Source: Eledone cirrhosa (Eukaryota). Taken from it: a stretch of DNA of 64,000 bases. A program made the translations under genes and the position numbers. The stretch spans positions 228,718,001-228,782,000 of the forward strand of contig OZ024740.1 of the NCBI GenBank assembly GCA_964016885.1. Reading direction: 5' to 3'. Position 1 is the stretch's first letter. Each line of letters opens with the position of its first letter. The notes beneath the pieces are model-generated. The model did not search any database. It was not told where the DNA came from and saw only the letters and a list, made by a program, of their open reading frames with translations. Shown here one piece after another: positions 1 to 14,835 of the stretch.

Positions 1-1801
1 ACCACCACTATACCTACCCACTAATACTACCACTAATACCACCACATATACCTACCACTAGTCCGACCACTAATACCACCACTATACTACCACTATTACT
101 ACCACTTAATACCACCACTATACCTACCACTATTACTACACACTAATACCACCATCTATACCTACACTATTACTACCACTAATACATACCACTATACCTA
201 CCACTATTACTACCACTAATACCACCACTATACCTACCACTAATACTACCACTAATACCACCACTTATACCTACCACTATTACTACCACTAATACCACCA
301 CTATACCTACCACTATTACTACCACTAATACCACCACTATACCTACCACTATTACTACCACTAATACACCACTATACCTACCACTATTACTACCACCAAT
401 ACTACCACTATACTACACTATTACTACCACAATACACCACTATACCTACCACTATTACTACACTAATACCACCACTATACCTACACTATTACTACCACTA
501 ATACCACCACTATACCTACCACTATTACTACACTCTAATACCACCACTATACCTACCACTATTACTACCACTAATACCACCACTATACCTACTACCACTA
601 TTACTAACCACTAATACCACCACTATACCTACCACTATTACTACCACTAATACCACCACTATACCTACCACTATTACTACCACTAATACACCACTATATC
701 TACCACTATTACTACCACTAATACCACCACTATACCTACCACTATTACTACCACTAATACCACCACTATACCTACCACTATTACTACCACTAATACCACC
801 ACTATACCTACCACTATTACTACCACTAATACCACCACTATACCTACCACTATTACTACCACCTAATACCACCACTATACCTACCACTATTACTACCACT
901 AATACCACCACTATACCTACCACTATTACTACCACTAATACCACCACTATATCTACCACTATTACTACCACTAATACCACCACTATACCTACCACTATTA
1001 CTACCACTAATACCACCACTATACCTACCACTAATACCAACCACTATACCTACCACTATTACCACCACTAATACCACCACTATACCTACTACTATTACTA
1101 CCACTAATACCACCACTAATACACCACTATACCTACCACTATTACTACCACTAATACCACCACTATACCTACCACTAATACCACCACTATACCTACCACT
1201 ATTACCACCACTATACTACCACTAATACTACCACTAATACCACCACTATACCTAACACTAATACCACCACTATACTACCACTAATACTACCACTAATACC
1301 ACCACTATACCTACCACTATTACTACCACTAATACCACCACTATACCTACCATATTACTACCACCAATACCACCACTATACCTACCACTATTACTACCAC
1401 CAATACCACCACTATACTACCACTATACCTACCACTAATACCACCACTATATCTACCACTAATACCACCACTATACCTACCACTATTACTACCACCATTA
1501 CCACCACTATACCTACCACTATTACTACCACTAATACCACCACTATACCTACCACTATACCTACCACTACTACCACCACTATACCTACCACTATTACTAC
1601 CACCAATACCACCACTATACTACCACTATACCTACCACTAATACCACCACTATACCTACCACTATTACTACCCACTACTACCACCACTATACCTACCACT
1701 ATTACTACCACCAATACCACCACCAATACCACCACTATACCTACCACTATTACTACACTAATACCACCACTATACCTACCACTATTACTACCACTAATAC
1801 C
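1..1801 (+). repeat. 36-bp tandem satellite (ACCACCACTATACCTACCACTATTACTACCACTAAT), C/A-rich orientation
   Basis: Unit visible directly, built from three related 12-bp subunits; many single-base indels. Confidence 0.95.
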
Positions 1802-2001
1802 NNNNNNNNNNNNNNNNNNNNNNNNNNNNNNNNNNNNNNNNNNNNNNNNNNNNNNNNNNNNNNNNNNNNNNNNNNNNNNNNNNNNNNNNNNNNNNNNNNN
1901 NNNNNNNNNNNNNNNNNNNNNNNNNNNNNNNNNNNNNNNNNNNNNNNNNNNNNNNNNNNNNNNNNNNNNNNNNNNNNNNNNNNNNNNNNNNNNNNNNNNN
2001 N
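1802..2001. other. Assembly gap (200 N)
   Basis: Run of n. Confidence 1.
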
Positions 2002-5000
2002 GGTAGGTATAGTGGTAGGTATAGTGGTGGTATTAGTGGTAGGTATAGTGGTAGGTATAGTGGTGGTATTAGTGGTAGTGATAGTGGTAGGTATAGTGGT
2101 GGTATTAGTGGTAGGTATAGTGGTGGTATTAGTGGTAGGTATAGTGGTGGTGTAGTGGTAGTAATAGTGGTAGGTATAGTGGTGGTATTAGTGGTAGGTA
2201 TAGTGGTAGGTATAGTGGTGGTGTAGTGGTAGTAATAGTGGTAGGTATAGTGGTGGTATTAGTGGTAGGTATAGTGGTAGGTATAGTGGTGGTGTAGTGG
2301 TAGTATTAGTGGTAGGTATAGTGGTGGTATTAGTGGTAGTATTAGTGGTAGGTATAATGGTGGTATTAGTGGTAGTATTAGTGGTAGGTATAGTGGTGGT
2401 GTAGTGGTAGTAATAGTGGTAGGTATAGTGGTGGTATTAGTGGTAGGTATAGTGGTAGGTATAGTGGTGGTATTAGTGGTAGTAATAGTGGTAGGTACAG
2501 TGGTGGTATTAGTGGTAGGTATAGTGGTGGTATTAGTGGTAGTAATAGTGGTAGGTATAGTGGTGGTATTAGTGGTAGTATTAGTGGTAGGTATAGTGGT
2601 GGTATTAGTGGTAGTAATAGTGGTAGGTATAGTGGTGGTATTAGTGGTAGTAATAGTGGTAGGTATAGTGGTGGTATTAGTGGTAGTATTAGTGGTAGGT
2701 ATAGTGGTAGGTATAGTGGTGGTGTAGTGGTAGTATTAGTGGTAGGTATAGTGGTGGTGTAGTGGTAGTAATAGTGGTAGTAATAGTGTTAGGTATAGTG
2801 GTGGTATTAGTGGTAGTAATAGTGGTAGGTATAGTGGTGGTATTAGTGGTAGGTATAGTGGTAGGTATAGTGGTGGTATTAGTGGTAGTATTAGTGGTAG
2901 GTATAATGGTGGTGTAGTGGTAGTAATAGTGGTAGGTATAGTGGTGGTATTAGTGGTAGTAATAGTGGTAGGTATAGTGGTGGTATTAGTGGTAGTAATA
3001 GTGGTAGGTATAGTGGTAGGTATAGTGGTGGTATTAGTGGTAGTATTAGTGGTAGGTATAGTGGTGGTATTAGTGGTAGGTATAGTGGTAGGTATAGTGG
3101 TGGTATTAGTGGTAGTATTAGTGGTAGGTATAGTGGTGGTATTAGTGGTAGTAATAGTGGTAGGTATAGTGGTGGTATTAGTGGTAGTAATAGTGGTAGG
3201 TATAGTGGTGGTATTAGTGGTAGGTACAGTGGTGGTATTAGTGGTAGTAATAGTGGTAGGTATAGTGGTGGTATTAGTGGTAGGTACAGTGGTGGTATTA
3301 GTGGTAGGTATAGTGGTAGGTATAGTGGTGGTGTAGTGGTAGTAATAGTGGTAGGTATAGTGGTGGTATTAGTGGTGGTAATAGTGGTAGGTATAGTGGT
3401 GGTATTAGTGGTAGTATTAGTGGTAGGTATAGTGGTGGTATTAGTGGTAGGTATAGTGGTGGTATTGGTGGTGGTATTAGTGGTAGGTATAGTGGTAGGT
3501 ATAGTGGTGGTATTAGTGGTAGGTACAGTGGTGGTATTAGTGGTAGTAATAGTGGTAGTAATAGTGGTAGGTATAGTGGTGGTATTGGTGGTAGTAATAT
3601 GGTAGGTATAGTGGTGGTAATAGTGGTAGTAATAGTGGTAGGTATAGTGGTGGTATTGGTGGTAGTAATAGTGGTAGTATAGTGGTGGTATTAGTGGTAG
3701 TTATAGTGGTAGGTATAGTGGTGGTATTAGTGGTAGTAATAGTGGTAGGTATAGTGGTGGTATTAGTGGTAGGTATAGTGGTGGTATTAGTGGTAGGTAT
3801 AGTGGTGGTATTAGTGGTAGTAATAGTGGTAGGTATAGTGGTGGTATTAGTGGTAGTATTAGTGGTAGGTATAATGGTGGTATTAGTGGTGGTATTAGTG
3901 GTAGGTATAATGGTGGTATTAGTGGTAGTAATAGTGGTAGGTATAGTGGTGGTATTAGTGGTGGTAATAGTGGTAGGTATAGTGGTGGTATTAGTGGTAG
4001 TAATAGTGGTAGGTATAGTGGTGGTATTAGTGGTAGTAATAGTGGTAGGTATAGTGGTGGTATTAGTGGTAGTAATAGTGGTAGGTACAGTGGTGGTATT
4101 AGTGGTAGTAATAGTGGTAGGTATAGTGGTAGTATTAGTGGTGGTAATAGTGGTAGGTATAGTGGTGGTATTAGTGGTAGTAATAGTGGTAGGTATAGTG
4201 GTGGTATTAGTGGTAGTATTAGTGGTAGGTATAATGGTGGTATTAGTGGTGGTATTAGTGGTAGGTATAATGGTGGTATTAGTGGTAGTAATAGTGGTAG
4301 GTATAGTGGTGGTATTAGTGGTGGTAATAGTGGTAGGTATAGTGGTGGGATTAGTGGTAGTAATAGTGGTAGGTATAGTGGTGGTATTAGTGGTAGGTAT
4401 AGTGGTAGGTACAGTGGTGGTATTAGTGGTAGGTATAGTGGTAGGTATAGTGGTGGTATAGTGGTGGTATTAGTGGTAGGTATAGTGGTGGTATTAGTGG
4501 TAGTAATAGTGGTAGGTATAGTGGTAGTATTAGTGGTGGTAATAGTGGTAGGTATAGTGGTGGTATTAGTGGTAGGTATAGTGGTGGTATTAGTGGTGGT
4601 AATAGTGGTAGGTATAGTGGTGGTATTAGTGGTAGGTATAGTGGTAGGTATAGTGGTGGTATTGGTGGTAGTAATAGTGGTAGGTATAGTGGTGGTATTA
4701 GTGGTAGTAATAGTGGTAGGTATAGTGGTGGTATTAGTGGTAGGTATAGTGGTGGTATTAGTGGTAGTTATAGTGGTAGGTATAGTGGTGGTATTAGTGG
4801 TAGGTATAGTGGTGGTATTAGTGGTAGTAATAGTGGTAGGTATAGTGATGGTATTAATGGTAGGTATAGTGGTGGTATTAGTGGTAGGTATAGTGGTGGT
4901 ATTAGTGGTAGGTATAGTGGTAGGTATAGTGGTAGGTATAGTGGTGGTATTAGTGGTAGGTATAGTGGTAGGTATAGTGGTGGTATTAGTGGTGGTAATA

Positions 5001-8000
5001 GTGGTAGTATAGTGGTGGTATTAGTGGTGGTAATAGTGGTAGGTATAGTGGTGGTATTAGTGGTAGGTATAGTGGTGGTATTAGTGGTAGGTATAGTGGT
5101 GGTATTAGTGGTAGTAATAGTGGTAGTAATAGTGGTGGTATTAGTGGTAGGTATAGTGGTGGTATTAGTGGTGGTAATAGTGGTAGTATAGTGGTGGTAT
5201 TAGTGGTAGGTATAGTGGTGGTATTAGTGGTAGTAATAGTGGTAGTAATAGTGGTGGTATTAGTGGTAGGTATAGTGGTGGTGTTAGTGGTAGGTATAGT
5301 GGTAGTAATAGTGGTAGGTATAGTGGTGGTATTAGTGGTAGGTATAGTGGTGGTATTAGTGGTAGTAATAGTGGTAGTAATAGTGGTAGGTATTAGTGGT
5401 AGGTATAGTGGTAGTAATAGTGGTAGGTATAGTGGTGGTATTAGTGGTAGGTATAGTGGTAGGTATAGTGGTGGTATTAGTGGTAGGTATAGTGGTGGTA
5501 TTAGTGGTAGTATTAGTGGTAGGTATAGTGGTGGTATTAGTGGTAGGTATAGTGGTAGTAATAGTGGTGGTATTAGTGGTAGGTATAGTGGTGGTGTTAG
5601 TGGTAGGTATAGTGGTAGTAATAGTGGTAGGTATAGTGGTGGTATTAGTGGTAGGTATAGTGGTGGTATTAGTGGTAGTAATAGTGGTAGTAATAGTGGT
5701 GGTATTAGTGGTAGGTATAGTGGTGGTGTTAGTGGTAGGTATAGTGGTAGTATTAGTGGTAGGTATAGTGGTGGTGTTAGTGGTAGGTATAGTGGTAGGT
5801 ATAGTGGTAGGTATAGTGGTGGTATTAGTGGTAGGTATAGTGGTGGTATTAGTGGTAGTATTAGTGGTAGGTATAGTGGTAGTATTAGTGGTAGGTATAG
5901 TGGTAGGTATAGTGGTGGTATTAGTGGTAGGTATAGTGGTGGTATTAGTGGTAGTATTAGTGGTAGGTATAGTGGTGGTATTAGTGGTAGTGATAGTGGT
6001 AGGTATAGTGGTGGTATTAGTGGTAGGTATAGTGGTGGTATTAGTGGTAGGTATAGTGGTGGTGTAGTGGTAGTAATAGTGGTAGGTATAGTGGTGGTAT
6101 TAGTGGTAGGTATAGTGGTAGGTATAGTGGTGGTGTAGTGGTAGTAATAGTGGTAGGTATAGTGGTGGTATTAGTGGTAGGTATAGTGGTAGGTATAGTG
6201 GTGGTGTAGTGGTAGTATTAGTGGTAGGTATAGTGGTGGTATTAGTGGTAGTATTAGTGGTAGGTATAATGGTGGTATTAGTGGTAGTATTAGTGGTAGG
6301 TATAGTGGTGGTGTAGTGGTAGTAATAGTGGTAGGTATAGTGGTGGTATTAGTGGTAGGTATAGTGGTAGGTATAGTGGTGGTATTAGTGGTAGTAATAG
6401 TGGTAGGTACAGTGGTGGTATTAGTGGTAGGTATAGTGGTGGTATTAGTGGTAGTAATAGTGGTAGGTATAGTGGTGGTATTAGTGGTAGTATTAGTGGT
6501 AGGTATAGTGGTGGTATTAGTGGTAGTAATAGTGGTAGGTATAGTGGTGGTATTAGTGGTAGTAATAGTGGTAGGTATAGTGGTGGTATTAGTGGTAGTA
6601 TTAGTGGTAGGTATAGTGGTAGGTATAGTGGTGGTGTAGTGGTAGTATTAGTGGTAGGTATAGTGGTGGTATTAGTGGTAGGTATAGTGGTAGGTATAGT
6701 GGTGGTGTAGTGGTAGTAATAGTGGTAGGTATAGTGGTGGTATTAGTGGTAGGTATAGTGGTAGGTATAGTGGTGGTGTAGTGGTAGTAATAGTGGTAGG
6801 TATAGTGGTGGTATTAGTGGTAGTATTAGTGGTAGGTATAGTGGTGGTATTAGTGGTAGTATTAGTGGTAGGTATAGTGGTAGGTATAGTGGTGGTGTAG
6901 TGGTAGTATTAGTGGTAGGTATAGTGGTGGTATTAGTGGTAGTATTAGTGGTAGGTATAGTGGTGGTATTAGTGGTAGTATTAGTGGTAGGTATAGTGGT
7001 GGTATTAGTGGTAGGTATAGTGGTAGGTATAGTGGTGGTATTAGTGGTAGTAATAGTGGTAGGTATAGTGGTGGTATTAGTGGTAGTAATAGTGGTAGGT
7101 ATAGTGGTGGTATTGGTGGTAGTAATAGTGGTAGTATAGTGGTGGTATTAGTGGTAGGTATAGTGGTAGGTATAGTGGTGGTATTAATGGTAGTAATAAT
7201 GGTAGGTATAGTGGTGGTATTAGTGGTAGTAATAGTGGTAGGTATAGTGGTGGTATTGGTGGTAGTAATAGTGGTAGTATAGTGGTAGGTATAGTGGTGG
7301 TATTGGTGGTAGTAATATGGTAGGTATAGTGGTGGTAATAGTGGTAGTAATAGTGGTAGGTATAGTGGTGGTATTGGTGGTAGTAATATGGTAGGTATAG
7401 TGGTGGTATTGGTGGTAGTAATAGTGGTAGTATAGTGGTGGTATTAGTGGTAGTAATAGTGGTAGTATAGTGGTGGTATTAGTGGTAGGTATAGTGGTAG
7501 TATAGTGGTAGGTATAGTGGTAGGTATAGTGGTGGTGTAGTGGTAGTATTAGTGGTAGGTATAGTGGTGGTAATAGTGGTAGTAATAGTGGTAGGTATAG
7601 TGGTAGGTATTGGTGGTAGTAATAGTGGTAGGTATAGTGGTGGTATTGGTGGTGGTATTAGTGGTAGGTATAGTGGTAGGTATAGTGGTGGTATTAGTGG
7701 TAGGTACAGTGGTGGTATTAGTGGTAGTAATAGTGGTAGTAATAGTGGTAGGTATAGTGGTAGGTATAGTGGTGGTATTAGTGGTAGTAATAGTGGTAGG
7801 TATTAGTGGTGGTATTAGTGGTAGTAATAGTGGTAGGTATAGTGGTGGTATTAGTGGTAGTAATAGTGGTAGGTATAGTGGTAGTATTAGTGGTGGTATT
7901 AGTGGTAGGTATAGTGGTGGTATTAGTGGTAGTAATAGTGGTAGGTATTAGTGGTGGTATTAGTGGTAGTTATAGTGGTAGGTATAGTGGTGGTATTAGT

Positions 8001-11000
8001 GGTAGTATTAGTGGTAGGTATAATGGTGGTATTAGTGGTAGGTATAGTGGTGGTATTAGTGGTAGTAATAGTGGTAGTATTAGTGGTGGTATTAGTGGTA
8101 GGTATAGTGGTGGTATTAGTGGTAGTAATAGTGGTAGGTATAGTGGTGGTATTAGTGGTAGTAATAGTGGTAGGTATAGTGGTGGTATTAGTGGTAGTAA
8201 TAGTGGTAGGTATAGTGGTGGTATTAGTGGTAGTAATAGTGGTAGGTATAGTGGTGGTATTAGTGGTAGTAATAGTGGTAGGTATAGTGGTAGTATTAGT
8301 GGTGGTAATAGTGGTAGGTATAGTGGTGGTATTAGTGGTAGTAATAGTGGTAGGTATAGTGGTGGTATTAGTGGTAGTTATAGTGGTAGGTATTGTGGTG
8401 GTATTAGTGGTAGGTATAGTGGTGGTATTAGTGGTAGTAATAGTGGTAGGTATAGTGGTAGTATTAGTGGTGGTAATAGTGGTAGGTATAGTGGTGGTAT
8501 TAGTGGTAGTAATAGTGGTAGGTATAGTGGTGGTATTAGTGGTAGTTATAGTGGTAGGTATTGTGGTGGTATTAGTGGTAGGTATAGTGGTGGTATTAGT
8601 GGTAGTAATAGTGGTAGGTATAGTGGTAGTATTAGTGGTAGTAATAGTGGTAGGTATAGTGGTGGTAATAGTGGTAGGTATAGTGGTGGTATTAGTGGTA
8701 GTAATAGTGGTAGGTATAGTGGTGGTATTAGTGGTAGTAATAGTGGTAGGTATAGTGGTGGTATTAGTGGTAGGTATAGTGGTGGTATTAGTGGTAGTAA
8801 TAGTGGTAGGTATAGTGGTGGTATTAGTGGTAGGTATAGTGGTGGTATTAGTGGTAGTTATAGTGGTAGGTATAGTGGTGGTATTAGTGGTAGTAATAGT
8901 GGTAGGTATAGTGGTGGTATTAGTGGTAGGTATAGTGGTAGGTATAGTGGTAGGTATAGTGGTGGTAATAGTGGTAGTAATAGTGGTAGGTATAGTGGTG
9001 GTATTAATGGTAGGTATAGTGGTGGTATTAGTGGTAGGTATAGTGGTAGGTATAGTGGTAGGTATAGTGGTGGTATTAGTGGTGGTAATAGTGGTAGTAT
9101 AGTGGTGGTATTAGTGGTAGGTATAGTGGTGGTATTAGTGGTAGTAATAGTGGTAGTAATAGTGGTGGTATTAGTGGTAGGTATAGTGGTAGTAATAGTG
9201 GTAGGTATAGTGGTGGTATTAGTGGTAGGTATAGTGGTAGGTATAGTGGTGGTATTAGTGGTAGGTATAGTGGTAGTAATAGTGGTAGGTATAGTGGTGG
9301 TATTAGTGGTAGGTATAGTGGTAGGTATAGTGGTGGTATTAGTGGTAGGTATAGTGGTAGTAATAGTGGTAGGTATAGTGGTGGTATTAGTGGTAGGTAT
9401 AGTGGTAGGTATAGTGGTGGTGTTAGTGGTAGGTATAGTGGTAGTAATAGTGGTAGGTATAGTGGTGGTATTAGTGGTAGGTATAGTGGTAGGTATAGTG
9501 GTGGTATTAGTGGTAGGTATAGTGGTGGTATTAGTGGTAGGTATAGTGGTGGTATTAGTGGTAGTATTAGTGGTAGGTATAGTGGTGGTATTAGTGGTAG
9601 TAATAGTGGTAGGTATAGTGGTGGTATTAGTGGTAGTGATAGTGGTAGGTATAGTGGTGGTATTAGTGGTAGTCAAAGTGGTAGGTATAGTGGTGGTATT
9701 AGTGGTAGTAATAGTGGTAGGTATAGTGGTGGTGTTAGTGGTAGTGATAGTGGTAGGTATAGTGGTGGTATTAGTGGTAGTCAAAGTGGTAGGTATAGTG
9801 GTGGTATTAGTGGTAGTAATAGTGGTAGGTATAGTGGTGGTATTAGTGGTAGTAATAGTGGTAGGTATAGTGGTGGTATTAGTGGTAGTAATAGTGGTAG
9901 GTATAGTGGTGGTATTAGTGGTAGTAATAGTGGTAGGTATAGTGGTGGTATTAGTGGTAGTAATAGTGGTAGGTATAGTGGTGGTATTAGTGGTAGTAAT
10001 AGTGGTAGGTATAGTGGTGGTATTAGTGGTAGTAATAGTGGTAGGTATAGTGGTGGTATTAGTGGTAGTGATAGTGGTAGGTATAGTGGTGGTATTAGTG
10101 GTAGTCAAAGTGGTAGGTATAGTGGTGGTATTAGTGGTAGTAATAGTGGTAGGTATAGTGGTGGTATTGGTGGTAGTAATAGTGGTAGATATAGAGGTGG
10201 TATTAGTGGTAGTAATAGTGGTAGGTATAGTGGTGGTATTAGTGGTAGTAATAGTGGTAGGTATAGTGGTGGTATTAGTGGTAGTAATAGTGGTAGGTAT
10301 AGTGGTAGTAATGGTGGTAGTAATAGTGGTAGATATAGTGGTGGTATAGTGGTGGTATTGGTGGTAGAATAGTGGTTGTATTAGTGGTAGTAATAGTGGT
10401 AGGTATAGTGGTGGTATAGTGGTAGGTATAGTGGTGGTATAGTGGTGGTATTGGTGGTAGAATAGTGGTTGTATTAGTGGTAGTAATAGTGGTAGGTATA
10501 GTGGTGGTATTGGTGGTAGTAATAGTGGTAGGTATAGTGGTGGTATTAGTGGTAGTAATAGTGGTAGGTATAGTGGTGGTATTGGTGGTAGTAATAGTGG
10601 TAGGTATAGTGGTGGTATTAGTGGTAGTAATAGTGGTAGGTATAGTGGTAGTAATAGTGGTAGAATAGTGGTTGTATTAGTGGTAGTAATAGTGGTAGGT
10701 ATAGTGGTGGTATTAGTGGTAGTAATAGTGGTAGGTATAGTGGTGGTATTAATGGTAGGTATAGTGGTGGTATTAGTGGTAGGTATAGTGGTGGTATTAA
10801 TGGTAGGTATAGTGGTGGTATTAGTGGTAGGTATAGTGGTAGGTATAGTGGTGGTATTAGTGGTAGTCAAAGTGGTAGGTATAGTGGTGGTATTAGTGGT
10901 AGTAATAGTGGTAGGTATAGTGGTGGTGTTAGTGGTAGTGATAGTGGTAGGTATAGTGGTGGTATTAGTGGTAGTAATAGTGGTAGGTATAGTGGTGGTG

Positions 11001-12121
11001 TTAGTGGTAGTAATAGTGGTAGGTATAGTGGTGGTATTAGTGGTAGTAATAGTGGTAGGTATAGTGGTGGTATTAGTGGTAGTAATAGTGGTAGGTATAG
11101 TGGTGGTATTAGTGGTAGGTATAGTGGTGGTATTAGTGGTAGTGATAGTGGTAGATATAGTGGTGGTATTAGTGGTAGTAATAGTGGTGGAATAGTGGTG
11201 GTATTAGTGGTAGTAATAGTGGTAGATATAGTGGTGGTATTAGTGGTAGTAATAGTGGTAGGTATAGTGGTGGTATTAGTGGTACTGATAGTGGTAGATA
11301 TAGTGGTGGTATTAGTGGTAGTAATAGTGGTAGGTATAGTGGTGGTATTAGTGGTAGTAATAGTGGTAGATATAGTGGTGGTATTAGTGGTAGTAATAGT
11401 GGTGGAATAGTGGTTGTATTAGTGGTAGTAATAGTGGTAGATATAGAGGTGGTATTAGTGGTAGTAATAGTGGTGGAATAGTGGTGGTATTAGTGGTAGT
11501 AATAGTGGTAGGTATAGTGGTGGTAATAGTGGTAGTAATAGTGGTGGAATAGTGGTGGTATTAGTGGTAGTAATAGTGGTAGAATAGTGGTGGTATTAGT
11601 GGTAGTGATAGTGGTAGATATAGTGGTGGTATTAGTGGTAGTAATAGTGGTAGGTATAGTGGTAGGTATAGTGGTGGTATTAGTGGTAGGTATAGTGGTG
11701 GTATTAGTGGTAGTAATAGTGGTAGGTATAGTGGTAGGTATAGTGGTGGTATTAGTGGTAGGTATAGTGGTGGTATTAGTGGTAGTAATAGTGGTAGGTA
11801 TAGTGGTGGTATTAGTGGTAGGTATAGTGGTGGTATTAGTGGTAGTGATAGTGGTAGATATAGTGGTGGTATTAGTGGTAGTAATAGTGGTAGGTATAGT
11901 GGTGGTAATAGTGGTAGGTATAGTGGTGGTATTAGTGGTAGTAATAGTGGTAGGTATAGTGGTGGTAATAGTGGTAGGTATAGTGGTGGTATTAGTGGTA
12001 GTAATAGTGGTAGGTATAGTGGTGGTATTAGTGGTAGTAATAGTGGTAGATATAGTGGTGGTATTAGTGGTAGTAATAGTGGTAGGTATAGTGGTGGTAT
12101 TAGTGGTAGTAATAGTGGTAG
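2002..12121 (-). repeat. Same 36-bp satellite in reverse orientation (12-bp subunits AGTGGTAGGTAT / AGTGGTGGTATT / AGTGGTAGTAAT)
   Basis: Reverse complement of the 1-1801 unit; the minus strand reads TTIPTTITTTNT; recurrent 11-bp subunits shift the frame. Confidence 0.95.
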
Positions 12122-12490
12122 GCGGGGTACAAATTATGATATTAGCTAAGATATTGCTTGTGCTGGTGGTGGTGATGGTGGAAGTACAAATTCTGGAGAT
12201 AGCAATGATGATGATGATGATGATGGTACCGACTGTAGTTGTGTTGTTGTTGGTGGTGGTGATGGTGACTGGGGTGGTAGAGATTCTGGTGGTAGTGATA
12301 ACCATGTATGGTTGTAGTTGTAGCGATGGTATAGAAAATGTGATAGAAATAGTGGCCTTGGTGGTGTTGGTGGTGGTGGTGGTGCCGGTGGTGGTGCTGG
12401 TGGTGGTAGTATTGGTGGTGGTGGTGGTGATGGTGTTGGTGTGGGTGAATGATGGCCTTTACAGTGCTTTTGTATAGTCTCCTGCTTTGT

Positions 12491-13720
12491 TTATGTGTGT
12501 AGTGGTTTTGTTACTAGTGTGGTTTTATAGTGGTTTTGTGTGAATTTGTGGGTTTGTGTGTAAAGGGTGTGTGTAGTGGTTTTGTGTGTAGAGGTCTTGA
12601 GTGTTGATGGTTTGTGTAGTGGTTTTGTGCGTAGAGGGTATGTGTAGTAGTTTTGTGGAGGTCTTGTGTCTAGAGGGTTTGTGTAGGGTGGGGGGGGGGT
12701 TGTAGAGAACTTGTGTGTAAAGGATGTGTAGTGGTTTTGTAGAGATCTTGTGTGTAGAGGGTTTGTGTAGTGGTTTTGTAGAGGGCTTGTGTGTAGAGGG
12801 TTTGTGTAGTGGTTTCGTAGAGGGCTTGTGTGTAGAGGGTTTGTATAGTGGTTTTGTAGAGGTCTTGTGTGTAGAGGGTTTGTATAGTGGTTTTGTGGAG
12901 GTCTTGTGTGTAGAGGGTTTGTGTAGTGGTTTTGTAGAGATCTTGTGTGTAGAGGGTTTGTGTAGGGGGTTTGTGTGGAGGGCTTGAATGTAGTGAAAAG
13001 GGTTTGTGTGCATAGGGCATGTGTAGTGGTTTTGTAGAGGTCTTGTGTGTAGAGGGTTTGTGTAGTGGTTTTGTGCGTAGATGGTTTGTGTACTGGATTT
13101 GTGTGTAGAGGGTTTGTGTACTGGTTTTGTGTGTAGAAGGTTTGTGTAGAGGGTTTGTGTGGAGGGCTTGAATGTAGTGAAAAGGGTTTGTGTGCAAAGG
13201 GCATGTGTAGTGGTTTTGTAGAGTTCTTGTGTGTAGAGGGTTTGTGTAGTGGTTTTGTGTGTTGTGGGTTTGTGCGTAGAGGTCTTGTGTGTTGTGAGTT
13301 TGTATATGAAGTGTGTGTGTAGTGGTTTTGTAGAGGTTTTATGTGTAGGGGGTTTGTTTGTTGGTTTTGTGTGTAGAGGGTTTGTTTGGTGGTTTTGTGT
13401 GTAGAGGGTTTGTGTAGTGGTTTTGTGTGTAGAGGGTGTGTTTGATGGTTTTGTGTGTAGAGGGTTTGTTTGGGGGTTTGTGTGTAGATTGCTTCTTCAG
13501 TGGTTTTGTGTGTGTGTAGAGGGTTTGTATGTGAAGCGTGTGTGTAGTGGTTTTGTAGAGGTCTTGTGTGTAGAGAGTTTGTTTGGTGATTTTGTGTGTA
13601 GCGGGTTTGTATAGTGGTTTTGTGTGTAGAGGGTTTGTTTGAGGGTTTTGTGTGTAGAGGTTTGTTTGAGGGTTTTGTATGTAGAGGGTGTGTGTAGTGG
13701 TTTTGTGTGGTTTTATGGTG
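12491..13720. repeat. 39-bp minisatellite (GTGTAGTGGTTTTGTAGAGGTCTTGTGTGTAGAGGGTTT), degenerating rightwards
   Basis: Unit visible; 13-aa periodicity in the ORF track (QNHYTNPLHTRSL). Confidence 0.9.
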
Positions 13721-14835
13721 GTTGTAGAATGACTATTTCTAGACCAGGTCAGCTGTAATTTAACATAGCTACTATGACCAACTTACGTTTTTTTTTTCGG
13801 GCAAAGTATATCCAATCTTTTTGATTTCTTTTTGATGAGGTGTGATCTGATGGAGATTTGGCTGCTACTTCTAACAGTTTGACCAACCATATGGCTGGTC
13901 TCGTGTTGGGTGTCAGTAGTGTAGGTGGGTGTACTGTCTCTAGTGAACGAATAGGAAGTAACGTTGGTGACGGTATAAGTGTAGTTGGAGATAGTAGTGG
14001 TAATAGTGATGGCTTATGTTGTAGTGTAAGTGTTGTTGTTGTTGTTGTTGTTTAGCCTAGGATCAGATTTAATCGGTTAACATGATTGGGTGTGGCAACA
14101 CTATGGCCGAGGAAAAGTACCTTTGAGTAGGAGAGTAATCTGCATACTTAATACATATACGATAGACAAAAACTTCATCTAAAGGTGTTTTAAATCTGTA
14201 AACAACAAATAAGGGAGATAACTTCAATAAGATGAACTACCCGAATGATGGTGCAAACGATAGTTTCTGTTTGTTGCACCTCTTCAGCGAAGTATATTCT
14301 AGTTGGCAAGACTTAGAAGTGATTAATATATAGATATACATAGAAGGAATATAACAGTGCTGAATATGAATAGAAACGATATGTCTTCAGTGTTCTACCT
14401 ACTAAAAAACACGTTAGAATCTCAGAAATATTAATAAAATGAGTTGACAAATTTCACTTAACTCAGATTAGGTATACAATCTTTTTAAATGTATCTTTTT
14501 TGTCGCAATTTTTATATTAACTGAGCTATGGACAAAAGTTATACAATGATGAAAATGTTAAGAAAGGATAAAAACGGAATTAAGAAATGAAAAAAAAGAG
14601 CAGATCGGACTGTATAGGAAAATAAAGGAAAGAACTATAAATGCCATAAACGTGAGGAAAAATTGGGGAAGAGCAAGCACTATTAGGCAATAGAAGAAAG
14701 AAAGGGGAATGGGGAAAGGGTGACAGACTCTACACCAAGGTCAGAGCGGTGTTTCGGCTGCGCACCTCCGACAAAATTGCAAAGACATTTCCACAATAGA
14801 CGGTCATGGTTGCACTGTATGCAGTGAAGACGCCT

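Noticed and set aside
1-12121. G-rich strand-biased array as telomeric repeat
   Set aside because: Unit is 12/36 bp rather than TTAGGG-type, and the array is interstitial
12491-13204. His/Thr/Lys-rich ORFs in three frames
   Set aside because: Product of the 39-bp minisatellite; no frame is preferred
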